This document shows positions 18,343-27,330 of a stretch of 49,120 nucleotides of DNA, one piece after another (position 1 is the first letter of the stretch; each line of letters starts with the position of its first letter). The position numbers were made by a program, and so were the translations under genes. This stretch comes from a virus, in UHGV virus genome UHGV-1311884, one strand, 5' to 3'. The notes beneath the pieces were generated by a model, which had not been told where the DNA came from, ran no database searches, and saw only the letters and a program-made list of their open reading frames with translations.

Positions 18343-18614
18343 AGTTACCGCCTCCGATGAAAGATCGGGAAGCTGTGTGTTTGAAAAGGGTCAGGCCCGT
18401 CAGGCTGGATTTAACAACGAAGCGTGTCGACGATGATTCCTGCGGGACCTGATAATAAAAAAGCCTGCGGTTAAGCGGGCAATAAGCATGAGGGTAATAG
18501 CAATGTCGGTGATGACCGAAAATACCCTGGCTGGGTCTGGCGGCCTGCGGCGCTGCTGCAACAGCGCCCCTGATGGATTGGATTATGAGCCCGTCATCAG
18601 GCCAGGCCATTATG

Positions 18615-18690
18615 TGGTGCTGATTGACGGAATCGAACCGCCGGCATCCTGCTTACAAGGCAGGCGCTCTACCTGCTGAGCTAAATCAGC
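18615..18690 (-). tRNA. Phage-encoded tRNA-Thr (anticodon UGU).
   Basis: Minus-strand 76-nt sequence GCTGATTTAGCTCAGCAGGTAGAGCGCCTGCCTTGTAAGCAGGATGCCGGCGGTTCGATTCCGTCAATCAGCACCA. The cloverleaf folds: 7-bp acceptor, GCTC/GAGC D-stem, CCTGC/GCAGG anticodon stem with loop CTTGTAA, T-loop TTCGATT. It lies between Q and the lysis genes, as in lambdoid phages. Confidence 0.8.
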
Positions 18691-18891
18691 AATTTGGCTC
18701 AGGACTCTCGCGTATGAGCTTCGACGTGTAGTGCGGCACGTATTCACTCAAGAGCCCTGACCGGATTGCGGACATAAAAAAGCCCCGGCGGGATGCCGAG
18801 GCTAACTTTGCAAACTGGTGTGTGATTATCATCTTCATGCCGCCACTTAAAGTTAAGGCAGCATATCAAAGTAGACTCAAATATGACTCAT

Positions 18892-19584
18892 TTAATCCAG
18901 TTTTGCAAGACTTACATCTAAATTTGTCGCCTTTTGTTGTGAACGTGATCGCGTAACCTGCAACAGGGCATCGCTATCAAGGCGCCGCAAGGTGGTTTTC
19001 ATCTCCTCCCACCGCTCCGTAAACGTTTCTGACCAGTTCTTCGGGGTCACTCCTACCAGGGCGGCAAGCTTTTGGTATTCATAAGTCTCCCGGCCTGCCA
19101 GCTCGGCTTTGACATCCTGAGCCGCTAGCCAGATAAGCTGACGCAGGCGATCGACTGTCTTTTTTGCAATGCGCACGCCAGCCAGCTTCTCGCTGAATTT
19201 CTCCCAGGCCCACCGGGTGATCGTCTCCTGGTGCTCCCAGCGGATATTGTCGCTGTAGTTCCACAGCAACCAGGCTTTCTGATGCTCTTCCAGCGACAGC
19301 AGCGCGCGGCGCCAGCTGGCTGTCGAGTACTCAACGGGCATAACGAGGGCGATTGCGGAACCCTTAGCGCGGGACTGGCTGCCGGCCATCGGCGGGCCGT
19401 CCGGATTCACCATGCGCTGCTTATCCTTATCGAATACCTTTTTCCTTCCCCGGCTGCGCGCCGTAGCGGTGAATTGCGCGTTCTCTGCAAAGGCTACCAG
19501 TTGCCCTTTCGTCGCGCCGCTCAGATCGGCGGTGGCCACTATCAGCTGCTGGCGAACATACTGGAGGTATTGAGTGTTAATCAT
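18892..19584 (-). CDS. Putative late-gene antiterminator Q (Q-like family), called mainly by position.
   Basis: A 230-aa ORF directly downstream of the nin region and upstream of the tRNA and lysis cassette. Weak family resemblance only. Confidence 0.45.
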   Translation of the reverse strand: MINTQYLQYVRQQLIVATADLSGATKGQLVAFAENAQFTATARSRGRKKVFDKDKQRMVNPDGPPMAGSQSRAKGSAIALVMPVEYSTASWRRALLSLEEHQKAWLLWNYSDNIRWEHQETITRWAWEKFSEKLAGVRIAKKTVDRLRQLIWLAAQDVKAELAGRETYEYQKLAALVGVTPKNWSETFTERWEEMKTTLRRLDSDALLQVTRSRSQQKATNLDVSLAKLD

Positions 19585-19721
19585 GCTGTCTCTCCCAGGG
19601 TCTGATAGATGCGGACAAAGTTTTTCAATATGCGATAGTCAACCAGTACGGTGCCGCTGCTGCGTAAAAGACGGAGCTTTATCCAGCGGTCGCGGATGCG
19701 TTCGATAACGTCACGGCTCAT
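19581..19721 (-). CDS. Small Arg-rich protein (46 aa) translationally coupled on both sides.
   Basis: Not in the track (shorter than 60 aa). ATG at 19721 overlaps the upstream stop as ATGA, and the stop overlaps the Q-like ATG. Sequence is MSRDVIERIRDRWIKLRLLRSSGTVLVDYRILKNFVRIYQTLGETA. Confidence 0.3.
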   Translation of the reverse strand: MSRDVIERIRDRWIKLRLLRSSGTVLVDYRILKNFVRIYQTLGETA

Positions 19722-19948
19722 TTGGTCGTCCTCGCCATGGCCTTAGCCATCGCCTTATATGCCCTGAGCACATACGCGCTCTTTCCGTACAGGGTGATCT
19801 GGAAGGTAATGCCGCGAGACTCCCAGGTGTTGACCGGGGACTCGTCCAGACCTGCATCCGCAATACGCCTGGCCTTAGCCAGTTGCCAAAATGGACCGGT
19901 CAGCCAGATGCGGGCGTAAGCCCCTTCGTCGCTATAGGTGATCTTCAT
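19718..19948 (-). CDS. Hypothetical nin-region protein (76 aa).
   Basis: ORF in an operon string. Confidence 0.35.
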   Translation of the reverse strand: MKITYSDEGAYARIWLTGPFWQLAKARRIADAGLDESPVNTWESRGITFQITLYGKSAYVLRAYKAMAKAMARTTK

Positions 19949-20526
19949 GCGGCCTCCCGTTGTTTTATGAGCGCACGGCGTAGCGCGCTGTAATGGCGCC
20001 TGATGCCTTCCAGTTCTTCGATGGTGTATCGGTGAGGGGTGTTGTTGTTTTCGAGCGCCTCGACGCGCTCAGCGCCGATTTTCTCTACTAGAGCGATGCG
20101 GTACTGCTGCTGGTTACCTGACATTTGCACGTTGCAGTGATGACACTGCTTGTGAATGTTGTCCTCGTTGTAGCGCAGGTGAGATGCTTTACCGCGGGAG
20201 CGGTAGTGGCCGGCCTCCCACTGAACCGTGTCGAACGTGCCGCAGCTGATGCACGGCAGATCGTGGTCACGCTCGCGGATATAGTCGTTAACGACACGCT
20301 GGGTCATATCTTCCCAGTGCCTGAGAGGTTTCACCGCGGCTTTGCGCTTGCGCCAGGCTGCGCGCTCTTTCTTCGCTTTTGCCTGAGCCTGCTTTTCGCG
20401 CTTCTTCTCCAGTTCCTGCATGGCGAATTCAGCGCCATGCTCAGGGCAGCACCAGCGTTGATTCTCAAATGCCGCGGTAAACTTCGCCCGGCAGATTTTG
20501 CACCTGCGCTGAGTACGTTTAAGCAT
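19945..20526 (-). CDS. ninG: NinG/Rap recombination-promoting endonuclease.
   Basis: IRERDHDLPCISCGTFDTVQWEAGHYRSRG...LRYNEDNIHKQCHHCN closely parallels lambda NinG (IRERDRDLPCISCGT...AGHYR...NIHKQC). Confidence 0.8.
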   Translation of the reverse strand: MLKRTQRRCKICRAKFTAAFENQRWCCPEHGAEFAMQELEKKREKQAQAKAKKERAAWRKRKAAVKPLRHWEDMTQRVVNDYIRERDHDLPCISCGTFDTVQWEAGHYRSRGKASHLRYNEDNIHKQCHHCNVQMSGNQQQYRIALVEKIGAERVEALENNNTPHRYTIEELEGIRRHYSALRRALIKQREAA

Positions 20527-20725
20527 GTGGCCTCCGCGCTCTCAGACAGAGCCACTTCTTATCGACCAGACGGGCGGTATAGCCTTTCAGTGTCGGGATG
20601 TCAGACGGTTTTACTTCGGCCTTACGCTTGCGGCGCGCAGGAATGCGGAAGATTGAGCGCTCCATTACTTTGGCGAGGGGACTATGCATGGGATTCTCCC
20701 CAGCGCTTGGCCCATTCGATTTCAA
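20519..20725 (-). CDS. Small basic nin-region protein. Start is uncertain; the internal MHSPLAKVME is possible.
   Basis: ORF track only. Confidence 0.25.
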   Translation of the reverse strand: MKSNGPSAGENPMHSPLAKVMERSIFRIPARRKRKAEVKPSDIPTLKGYTARLVDKKWLCLRARRPHA

Positions 20726-21131
20726 TACAGGACTTTTCGCTGAACTTGACGCCCTGTTGTGTGCCGAACCAGTAGATCGCCTCGATGACTTCCACCATCT
20801 CTCTGACTGTCATTTTGCTGGTACGCTGTCCGAACATCACAACGCCCCCATCCAGCCCGGGAGCCATGCGCTGCTCTTGTTTTTTCGACTTGGCCACCAG
20901 GGCAGTAATGAGGTCTTTCCAGTCGTCGGAGTCGTATTTGTTACCGAACCAGATAACCTGATCTGACAGGTCTTTCAGTAGTGGCCACATTTTCTTGTTT
21001 TGTTCGAGAGTGCGCGTCATCTCCTTGATATCGAGGATCAGAGGGCGCTTAGCATCCACTGGCAATTCTCGAATGAAATTGATGGCGTTCTGTTTGATAG
21101 CGTCGTTGACGAGGTGGAATTGCTGTTTCAC
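20682..21131 (-). CDS. ninB: NinB (Orf) recombination mediator.
   Basis: The motif LEQNKKMWPLLKDLSDQV...FGQRTSKMTVREMVEVIEAIYWFGTQQGVKFSE matches lambda NinB (LDQNRKLWACLGDVSRQV...IGQSTSRMRVGEFAELLELIQAFGTERGVKWSDE). Confidence 0.8.
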   Translation of the reverse strand: MKQQFHLVNDAIKQNAINFIRELPVDAKRPLILDIKEMTRTLEQNKKMWPLLKDLSDQVIWFGNKYDSDDWKDLITALVAKSKKQEQRMAPGLDGGVVMFGQRTSKMTVREMVEVIEAIYWFGTQQGVKFSEKSCIEIEWAKRWGESHA

Positions 21132-21321
21132 GCTTCACCTCCTGAGAGGTCAAACGCAGAATGCAGAAAATCGCCGGTGACTTTCGCCATCGGTGACAGG
21201 TATTGCTTTAAGGTTTTGTGCGCCATGTGTCCCCACTTGGCGCCGGAAGTAAGTCGTCAGTTGCTCAGGCTGACAAGGGAATTATGACGGGCTAAATTCC
21301 AAATTGCAAAACGAGCATAGG

Positions 21322-21579
21322 CTATTTTTTCTCGTTCTGGCTGGCCATCTCGATGTAGCGCTGATCGGATGCCCGCGGCAACTCGATGCTCTTTTCCCTG
21401 TAGTAGCGCACGCGCTCCATGAAGTATTCGCGGAGATGCTCAGGCTGCTCTCTGGCTACCTGCTCTGCTATTACCGGCATGTTCAGGCGCTCTTTGTAAG
21501 CGACGCCGGACGCTGCGAGGTCTACGTTGACCTTGTCCTGCTCGTCTTTCGATTTGGCTGCAATGTTCCACTTTGACAT
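21322..21579 (-). CDS. Hypothetical early protein (85 aa).
   Basis: ORF track only. Confidence 0.35.
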   Translation of the reverse strand: MSKWNIAAKSKDEQDKVNVDLAASGVAYKERLNMPVIAEQVAREQPEHLREYFMERVRYYREKSIELPRASDQRYIEMASQNEKK

Positions 21580-21642
21580 AAAAATCCCCTCTGGTGTTGA
21601 GGGGATTATATAGCATCAACTATCAGGGCGCGCGGCTTAACG

Positions 21643-21903
21643 CTATGTTGTGATGGATACCAGTTCAGCTCCTTTCTCGGTCAAGACAAAATCGCCACGA
21701 CAACCACAGCAACAGCCATCCACCAACCCGCTCTTAACCAGGCTTTTCATAACTGCGTACTGAAGTTTCTCTGGCGTACCATCTGGCATTGACGTGTTGA
21801 TGCTGTTATCAAAACCAGGGAAGAGGGTTCCCTTGCGTCCAGACGCTTCTATTTCAGCAATTCTCGTCAAGACTGCTATTTTATTGATGTTTTTAGTCTG
21901 CAT
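21643..21903 (-). CDS. Hypothetical early protein (86 aa; contains CCCGC).
   Basis: ORF track only. Confidence 0.35.
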   Translation of the reverse strand: MQTKNINKIAVLTRIAEIEASGRKGTLFPGFDNSINTSMPDGTPEKLQYAVMKSLVKSGLVDGCCCGCRGDFVLTEKGAELVSITT

Positions 21904-21945
21904 TTTGCACCCTTTTAGTTTTTCGTTCTGCGGGGGATTTAGGCA

Positions 21946-22305
21946 TCACCTTAATTCTCCGATTCGGTCCTCAAAGCAAATGTCATCGTAATATTTAGCT
22001 TTTCCCTTAGCGTCGAAATCAGCCTGCGCCACTTCTTCCACACGGAAAACCACGCCAACAATACCTGTACATTTTTTGACGTACTCACCGTCGTCTTCAA
22101 GAGAATGTTCGATCACCATGTCGACGGTTTCTTTGAGGCACAGCAACGCGCACTTCAGGTCTTTAAAGTAGCGATGCTCTGTCATGCATGAGGTGACGCG
22201 GTAAGTCAGCACTTTCGGCCCTTGCTCGCGACGTTTCTGCTCTCTTTCGATCGCGCTGCGCATATCAGCAAGCTCGTGCTCGTTCAGTTTTGTATAGTCC
22301 ATCAC
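21946..22305 (-). CDS. Hypothetical early protein (119 aa).
   Basis: ORF track only. Confidence 0.35.
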   Translation of the reverse strand: MMDYTKLNEHELADMRSAIEREQKRREQGPKVLTYRVTSCMTEHRYFKDLKCALLCLKETVDMVIEHSLEDDGEYVKKCTGIVGVVFRVEEVAQADFDAKGKAKYYDDICFEDRIGELR

Positions 22306-22387
22306 TTCTCCTCCTGCGCTGCTTTGCGCTTAGCTCTTGCCAGCAAACAAGTCAGCACGAAAGCGCGGTGCTGTCGCATACCCTCTG

Positions 22388-23347
22388 TCATGGTTTTGGC
22401 TCCTGCGGGGTAGCTGGCAGCGGCATCCAGTGGGTGAACATGTCCGCGTAGTAACTTTGGTCTTCAAAATCCGTCCAACGGTTTTGCACATCATCCCAGC
22501 ACAAGACCTGCTGATTTGCCCACTTAGCAAATACAATTACCCACTCCTGAGAGCCTGGCATCCGCTCGCTTACCGGAATCCATTTACCCGGCACTGTGGC
22601 GGGTTCACTGCCGGGTAACTGCGTGGCGGCTGCGAGCAAGCGCTCTATTTCATCGTGAGCGTCACCACATTGGATTGCGCTATAACAACCACGGCTTCCG
22701 TCGCTATCGAGCAGACGATTAACCGCAGCGATTAGACCATCCGGAATTACCGGAGAGTTTCCAGGATGCATCGGGCACGGACAGCGCAGAGAACCGTCAC
22801 CGCTGGGGCATGTGCAAACGGTTTTTTCCTGGAGCATGGCGGCGCGGCAGGCGTTCCAGGCTCGCATAGCTACTGTTCCCCTTTCGATACTGGACATATC
22901 GTTATTGAGTACAAACAGTACGCCATCCTGATAAATCATCTTGTCAGGCACCAAAGCTGGCTGCGCACTACCAACGAGTCGCGTTATTTCCGCTTCCAGA
23001 CGCGAGCCTAAAACCGTTTCAGTGCAATGCTCAGCCCATTCATTGGTTTCTAATAATCCAATGATGTTGCGCACATCGTCATCGACACCGGTTTGTGCTG
23101 GCTGCGCGTGGCGATAAAGCTTGTCACCAATCCGTAAAGCCCCTTCGTATAGCTCATGCACCGCTTTCCTGGCAGGTCCCTCACCAACAAGCTGCGCCGC
23201 TGTAACGTAATCACTCGGTTCAACAACCGCCACCGGCTCGCTGTCCATTGCGGCCAGCGCCTGACGTGCCAATGCGGAAGCCTCGCCGCATTGAACGTGG
23301 TCAGTTTCGATAATGTTGAGTAGTGTTTCTCGTGAAAATTCGCTCAT
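22388..23347 (-). CDS. DUF551-domain phage protein.
   Basis: C-terminal GKWIPVSERMPGSQEWVIVFAKWANQQVLCWDDVQNRWTD...FTHWMPLPATPQ resembles the DUF551 signature (W..V.E.LP....VLV...THWMPLP). Confidence 0.5.
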   Translation of the reverse strand: MSEFSRETLLNIIETDHVQCGEASALARQALAAMDSEPVAVVEPSDYVTAAQLVGEGPARKAVHELYEGALRIGDKLYRHAQPAQTGVDDDVRNIIGLLETNEWAEHCTETVLGSRLEAEITRLVGSAQPALVPDKMIYQDGVLFVLNNDMSSIERGTVAMRAWNACRAAMLQEKTVCTCPSGDGSLRCPCPMHPGNSPVIPDGLIAAVNRLLDSDGSRGCYSAIQCGDAHDEIERLLAAATQLPGSEPATVPGKWIPVSERMPGSQEWVIVFAKWANQQVLCWDDVQNRWTDFEDQSYYADMFTHWMPLPATPQEPKP

Positions 23348-23519
23348 TTTCGGACCACCTTAATTTTGCTCAGCGCCTCAAAATGCCTGTGCATAGTTGC
23401 CTGCACTTCTGGATGCTGCCAGTTGGTATGAATCCCGCCGTCTTCGTCGATAGTGAATTTACCGGCGTTTTCTGTGAGAACGCGCTTCAGGCGCTGCTCT
23501 GGATTTTCGATACGGAACA

Positions 23520-24185
23520 TCACTCAGCCTCCCACTTGATGCCAGAGTCATCCAATGCAGCGTTAACCTCTGCTTCCGGGTATGCGTATATTGCGCAGTG
23601 CGCCTCGGTGAACTCTCGGCGATGCAAAACGCTAATAGGCTTCGGCAGCTTCACGGTGACGGTGCGGGACTCCAGCTCGGCTATGCGCTTCTTAGCTTCC
23701 AGCAAATCCGAAACACCCTGTTTAGTGGTGAACATAAGTTGAATAGCCAACGCCTTCCAGGTGACAGGCTGAAGCCGCCCACAACCATTTGGGCATGGCT
23801 CCGGTTCACTGTTACCAGTGGTAATTGTGTCTGCGGTAACACTGATGATGTTCTTCGTCTCAACGAACGAGCACTCACTGCAGCGCAATATGCCGGGAGC
23901 AATACCAGAAGACTCCAGTTCAGCAATCTTTGCCTGCTGATTTAATAGTGTGCGCCCGGCTATTAATAGCTGCCCTCTCGCCAATTCATTCTCGTTCCGT
24001 GTATTTTCCAGCGCCTCTACCAGCGCGAGGATGTTATCTGGCCCATCTGACAGGTCGTTAAATTCTTTGCATTCTTCGAGGTAGACAGTGATGGACATGC
24101 GATGAGCTACATAATCTTCGGTTGCTGCCTTAGCTCGCACAGCTGCAGCCTTCATACGCTGCGCCAGTTCGGTGATATTAGTCAT
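23520..24185 (-). CDS. Hypothetical protein with a C4 zinc cluster (CSECS...CPNGC). Start is MTNITELAQ.
   Basis: Start at 24185 (GGAGG then ATGACTAATATCACCGAACTG) is preferred over the upstream track start. It shares its first codons with two upstream genes. Confidence 0.45.
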   Translation of the reverse strand: MTNITELAQRMKAAAVRAKAATEDYVAHRMSITVYLEECKEFNDLSDGPDNILALVEALENTRNENELARGQLLIAGRTLLNQQAKIAELESSGIAPGILRCSECSFVETKNIISVTADTITTGNSEPEPCPNGCGRLQPVTWKALAIQLMFTTKQGVSDLLEAKKRIAELESRTVTVKLPKPISVLHRREFTEAHCAIYAYPEAEVNAALDDSGIKWEAE

Positions 24186-24359
24186 GCTTGGCCTCCGCGA
24201 TAACTTCTGCAATCAAGCGCTTTGCAATCCATTTTCTTAAATTGCTCCGTGAAGGAAGGCGCTGATATCTCCCACCTCGACCATTTCGTTGCCCACGTTG
24301 AGCGTGCCAGCGCCGACGGATGCCATAGCCAATTTTGGGCGCCAGTTCGGTGATATCAG

Positions 24360-24593
24360 TCATTCCTCGTCCTCCATGTCAGCAATGGCGTCCATCACGT
24401 CAGATCCGCGAATAAACTCGAACGCGCGACAGGCCATTTCGAAAACTAGCTTCTCCTGAGGGTGCGGAGAATCCCAATATTTGAAACCTGGGAGATGCGT
24501 ATATCCCTGCATAGCGTAGAACTGACCAGCCAGTTCGATAGCGGCGTTCACCAGCTCGCGGTTGGTCATCGTTGCTTCGGTGATATCAGTCAT
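24360..24593 (-). CDS. Hypothetical acidic protein (77 aa). Start is MTDITEATM.
   Basis: RBS GGAGGA; ATG overlaps the upstream stop (ATGA). Confidence 0.45.
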   Translation of the reverse strand: MTDITEATMTNRELVNAAIELAGQFYAMQGYTHLPGFKYWDSPHPQEKLVFEMACRAFEFIRGSDVMDAIADMEDEE

Positions 24594-24859
24594 GCTGCAT
24601 CCTCCAGACCGATTAGCTCGGCAATCTGCTCCAGCGTGTCCTCGCTTTCTCCAACCGGCTTGTCCATCCAGTCAAATGAAATCAACTTGCCACCCTCGAT
24701 TACGCCGACATTGAAATCGTCGCTATCCACAGCCCGAAAACCGTGTGATATGGCTCCATTGCGGGTCTCGTAGTGAATAAGGTCAGATGAATATTCGATA
24801 CCGTGTCCGCCTTCGTTACACCAGGCGCGCCGGATAATTACGATGAATGATTTGCTCAT
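24590..24859 (-). CDS. Hypothetical protein (89 aa).
   Basis: Coupled ORF string. Confidence 0.4.
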   Translation of the reverse strand: MSKSFIVIIRRAWCNEGGHGIEYSSDLIHYETRNGAISHGFRAVDSDDFNVGVIEGGKLISFDWMDKPVGESEDTLEQIAELIGLEDAA

Positions 24860-25140
24860 GCGGCACGCTCCTGTTTTGGCATCAGCGCATCGCGGACGCT
24901 CTGGCGGTAGTAGTGGTGAAAGGCAAAAGTAAGGCCGAGCTTTGTTGGCCGCTCCTGCTTACCCAGCAGCTTGAGGCGAGTGCAAATGGTCGTCGCCGTC
25001 CAGCCAGAGTGATAACCGGCGGCTCGCTTCATAACGGTTTCTGCCAGGATGGTGCGAAAGTCGTCCCGCCCGAAATTAGTGTTTTCGAATGCGGCGTTGA
25101 TTACTTCGTCAGTGAGATGTGCATCGATAGCGTGGCTCAT
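24856..25140 (-). CDS. Hypothetical protein (94 aa).
   Basis: Coupled ORF string. Confidence 0.4.
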   Translation of the reverse strand: MSHAIDAHLTDEVINAAFENTNFGRDDFRTILAETVMKRAAGYHSGWTATTICTRLKLLGKQERPTKLGLTFAFHHYYRQSVRDALMPKQERAA

Positions 25141-25619
25141 TTGTCGGCCCCCTTCACGAAAATTACCCAGTGCGTTTTGTCTGCCTTCCCGGTGCGTTGC
25201 CAGATGGCCGGCTTCTCGTTGGTTAGGGCCAGAATCTGGCTAACCGGTATCTGGGTTTCGTTCCATTTGAAAATGAGTACGCCGTGTGGCCGCAGCACAC
25301 GGAACGCCTCTTTGAACCCGACTCGAAGGTCATCGCGCCAGGTGTCTTTGTTCAGGCGCCCGTATTTCTTACCCATCCAGGCGTTTTCGCCAACGCGCTC
25401 CAGGTGAGGCGGGTCAAACACGACAATGGGGAAAGAGGCATCAGCGAACGGCAGCGCGCGGAAGTCGGCGATAATGTCCGGGCTGATAACCAGGCTGCGC
25501 CCGTCGCACAGGGTGTGCTGCTCGGAGCGAATGTCGGCGAATACTGCACGCGGGTCCTGTTTGTCGAACCAGAACATGCGGGAGCCACAGCACATGTCGA
25601 GAATGGTTTGCTCTGTCAT
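25137..25619 (-). CDS. Small SAM-dependent methyltransferase (putative DNA N6-adenine/N4-cytosine MTase).
   Basis: Motif I LDMCCGSRMF and motif IV VVFDPPHLER (DPPH is a DPPY-type variant). Confidence 0.55.
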   Translation of the reverse strand: MTEQTILDMCCGSRMFWFDKQDPRAVFADIRSEQHTLCDGRSLVISPDIIADFRALPFADASFPIVVFDPPHLERVGENAWMGKKYGRLNKDTWRDDLRVGFKEAFRVLRPHGVLIFKWNETQIPVSQILALTNEKPAIWQRTGKADKTHWVIFVKGADK

Positions 25620-26284
25620 TTGGCCCCCTCGCGAAGCTGCTTCACGTGTGAATTAGCCAGGGACAGGTAAGCCAAAGCTGACACTGCATCGCTTTCATCA
25701 AAAATCTTATGCACGGTGTTGGATACGAACTCCTCCACCCCATCAGCCTTAATCCCGGCTACGATGCGATCGTTGGCGGGGGTATTGGAGTAAACCTCAT
25801 CGACCGTCTTCACCAAATCAGATGCGTCTTCCATAGCTCCGCGCCAGTCATGACGTCCGCCGCTATGCTCAAGGATTGAAACCGCCAGTGCGCGAATAAA
25901 GCGGTGACGTTCTCTTACCTGCACATTCTCCGCAGCCAGCTGCTCAACCTGAGACTTAAGCGCCTGAATTGCCGTATCCCGTAGAGCCCGCAACGAGCGA
26001 ATTTCGCTAGCTACCGACGCCGGGCCATCCTCGCCGCAAACTTCCATCATGGTTTTTTCCCAGACAATTAGAGCGGCGTCTTGTTTCTCGACATACTCAA
26101 CCAACGCATTAATCCGATCAGGGCTTGTCGCTCGCACCCACTTGCAGATTGTGGTTATGTATCCGTCACTCTCAAGTGTGGAACTTAATCCTTGGCAACC
26201 AGAGCGATTGCCTTTGGTCGCTTTGATATCAGCGATGATTTTGTTGATGCTGATTTTGTTATCCACGCATAGCCTCCTGCACAT
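25616..26284 (-). CDS. Hypothetical protein. A GTG start near 26266 with AGGAGG is possible.
   Basis: ORF track only. Confidence 0.4.
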   Translation of the reverse strand: MCRRLCVDNKISINKIIADIKATKGNRSGCQGLSSTLESDGYITTICKWVRATSPDRINALVEYVEKQDAALIVWEKTMMEVCGEDGPASVASEIRSLRALRDTAIQALKSQVEQLAAENVQVRERHRFIRALAVSILEHSGGRHDWRGAMEDASDLVKTVDEVYSNTPANDRIVAGIKADGVEEFVSNTVHKIFDESDAVSALAYLSLANSHVKQLREGAK

Positions 26285-26618
26285 CCAAAAAACGCTGAAA
26301 AACGGGACTGCCCAGCAAGTTGTGATTCATCCCGATCGCTGCCTTTGGCGCTAGTCCATACCGTTTCATGTCAAAGTCGATAATGGCGCGCTGGTCGCGG
26401 AATAACCCTGATCGCCCGTGGCGAACAACCTCGCCGCTGGCCGCCGCTTCGCGGAAATACTTCAGGACGGTATCGCGGCTCAGGCCCAGTTTTTTCATTG
26501 CTTCGGTGGTCGTCAGGCGCCCCTGATGCTTAGTGATACGAATCACGGCACTGACGTACTCACGGCGCTCTGCTGTTGATAATGCTCTAGCCATGGTTAC
26601 GCCCTCTCCCAAGGCCAA
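26259..26618 (-). CDS. Small HTH DNA-binding protein.
   Basis: LTTTEAMKKLGLSRDTVLKYFREAAASGEV is HTH-like. Confidence 0.4.
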   Translation of the reverse strand: MALGEGVTMARALSTAERREYVSAVIRITKHQGRLTTTEAMKKLGLSRDTVLKYFREAAASGEVVRHGRSGLFRDQRAIIDFDMKRYGLAPKAAIGMNHNLLGSPVFQRFLDVQEAMRG

Positions 26619-27330
26619 ACTTCGCGCGGATTTCAGCGATTTTGTTTAAGCCCTGCTCGTTGCTCAGCGGACGTCCGCCCAACTTTGGGATTTGCTTAAC
26701 AGGCTCGGGGATAGATTCACCGGTCTTGATGCGGCGAATCATGCGCAAAAGTTCCTCGGATGCTTTACGGCGTAATTCGGAGTCGCTTAATCCCTTCGCG
26801 CGCATATCCGTATACAGACCGGTAACCATCCAGTAGCAGGCTTTGTGTTTCAGCGTTATCGGTTCGATTTTGTGTTCAGGCCACGGGTACGACTCAGCGT
26901 CCGGATACTGACCGCGGGTCCGGCAATACTGGTAAACCATATCAACCAGCTCACTCGCGTCTGGCAGGCCTACCGTTACCGCCTCCTCAGAACGACACCA
27001 GGCAACAAACTGACCAGGTGATGGCATAAACGGTTTTTCCTGTTTGCGGGCAACACGCATCCCGGCGTTAATCTGCTCTACCGTGGTGATGCCGTTCTCC
27101 TTGAACGCCAGGAGCCACTGGCGACGCATCTCGTTGAGGTCTTCCGCTGATTTGTTGGCCAGCGCCGGGAATACCGCGAGCAGCTGGCGAAACAGTTCGT
27201 TGAATACCTCAGCGGTCTTTGTCGCCTGATGTGCAAAGCTCTGCGCATCGTGCATTTCAGGCATGCCGGCGGCGATACGTTGGAAGTTCTTCCGATCGAA
27301 GTTATGCATGCTTTCTGCGATAGATTTCAT
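26587..27330 (-). CDS. P: Replication protein P (DnaB helicase loader), lambda P homologue.
   Basis: MKSIAESMHNFDRKNFQRIAAGMPE...RRQWLLAFKENGITTVEQINAGMRVARKQEKPFMPSPGQFVAWCRSEE...DAESYPW...IPEPVKQIPKLGGRPL...KIAEIRAKFGL is near-colinear with lambda P (MKNIAAQMVNFDREQMRRIANNMPE...RRQWVLAFRENGITTMEQVNAGMRVARRQNRPFLPSPGQFVAWCREEA...). Confidence 0.85.
   Translation of the reverse strand: MKSIAESMHNFDRKNFQRIAAGMPEMHDAQSFAHQATKTAEVFNELFRQLLAVFPALANKSAEDLNEMRRQWLLAFKENGITTVEQINAGMRVARKQEKPFMPSPGQFVAWCRSEEAVTVGLPDASELVDMVYQYCRTRGQYPDAESYPWPEHKIEPITLKHKACYWMVTGLYTDMRAKGLSDSELRRKASEELLRMIRRIKTGESIPEPVKQIPKLGGRPLSNEQGLNKIAEIRAKFGLGRGRNHG

Noticed and set aside
18335-18679. ORFs of 91 and 63 aa overlapping the tRNA region.
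   Set aside because: They overlap the well-folding tRNA-Thr and the Q-holin intergenic late-promoter region. There is no RBS.
18700-18890. A second tRNA or structured RNA between the tRNA-Thr and Q.
   Set aside because: No cloverleaf could be folded by eye. The region more likely holds the late promoter/qut and a weak GC hairpin (aaaaaagccccggcgggatgcc). Not called.
24178-24363. 61-aa ORF MTDITELAPKIGYGIRRRWHAQRGQRNGRGGRYQRL...
   Set aside because: Only the first 9 codons (the duplicated start module) look genuine, and the remainder is Arg/Gly-rich junk. It probably marks a decayed gene body, so it was not called as a confident CDS.
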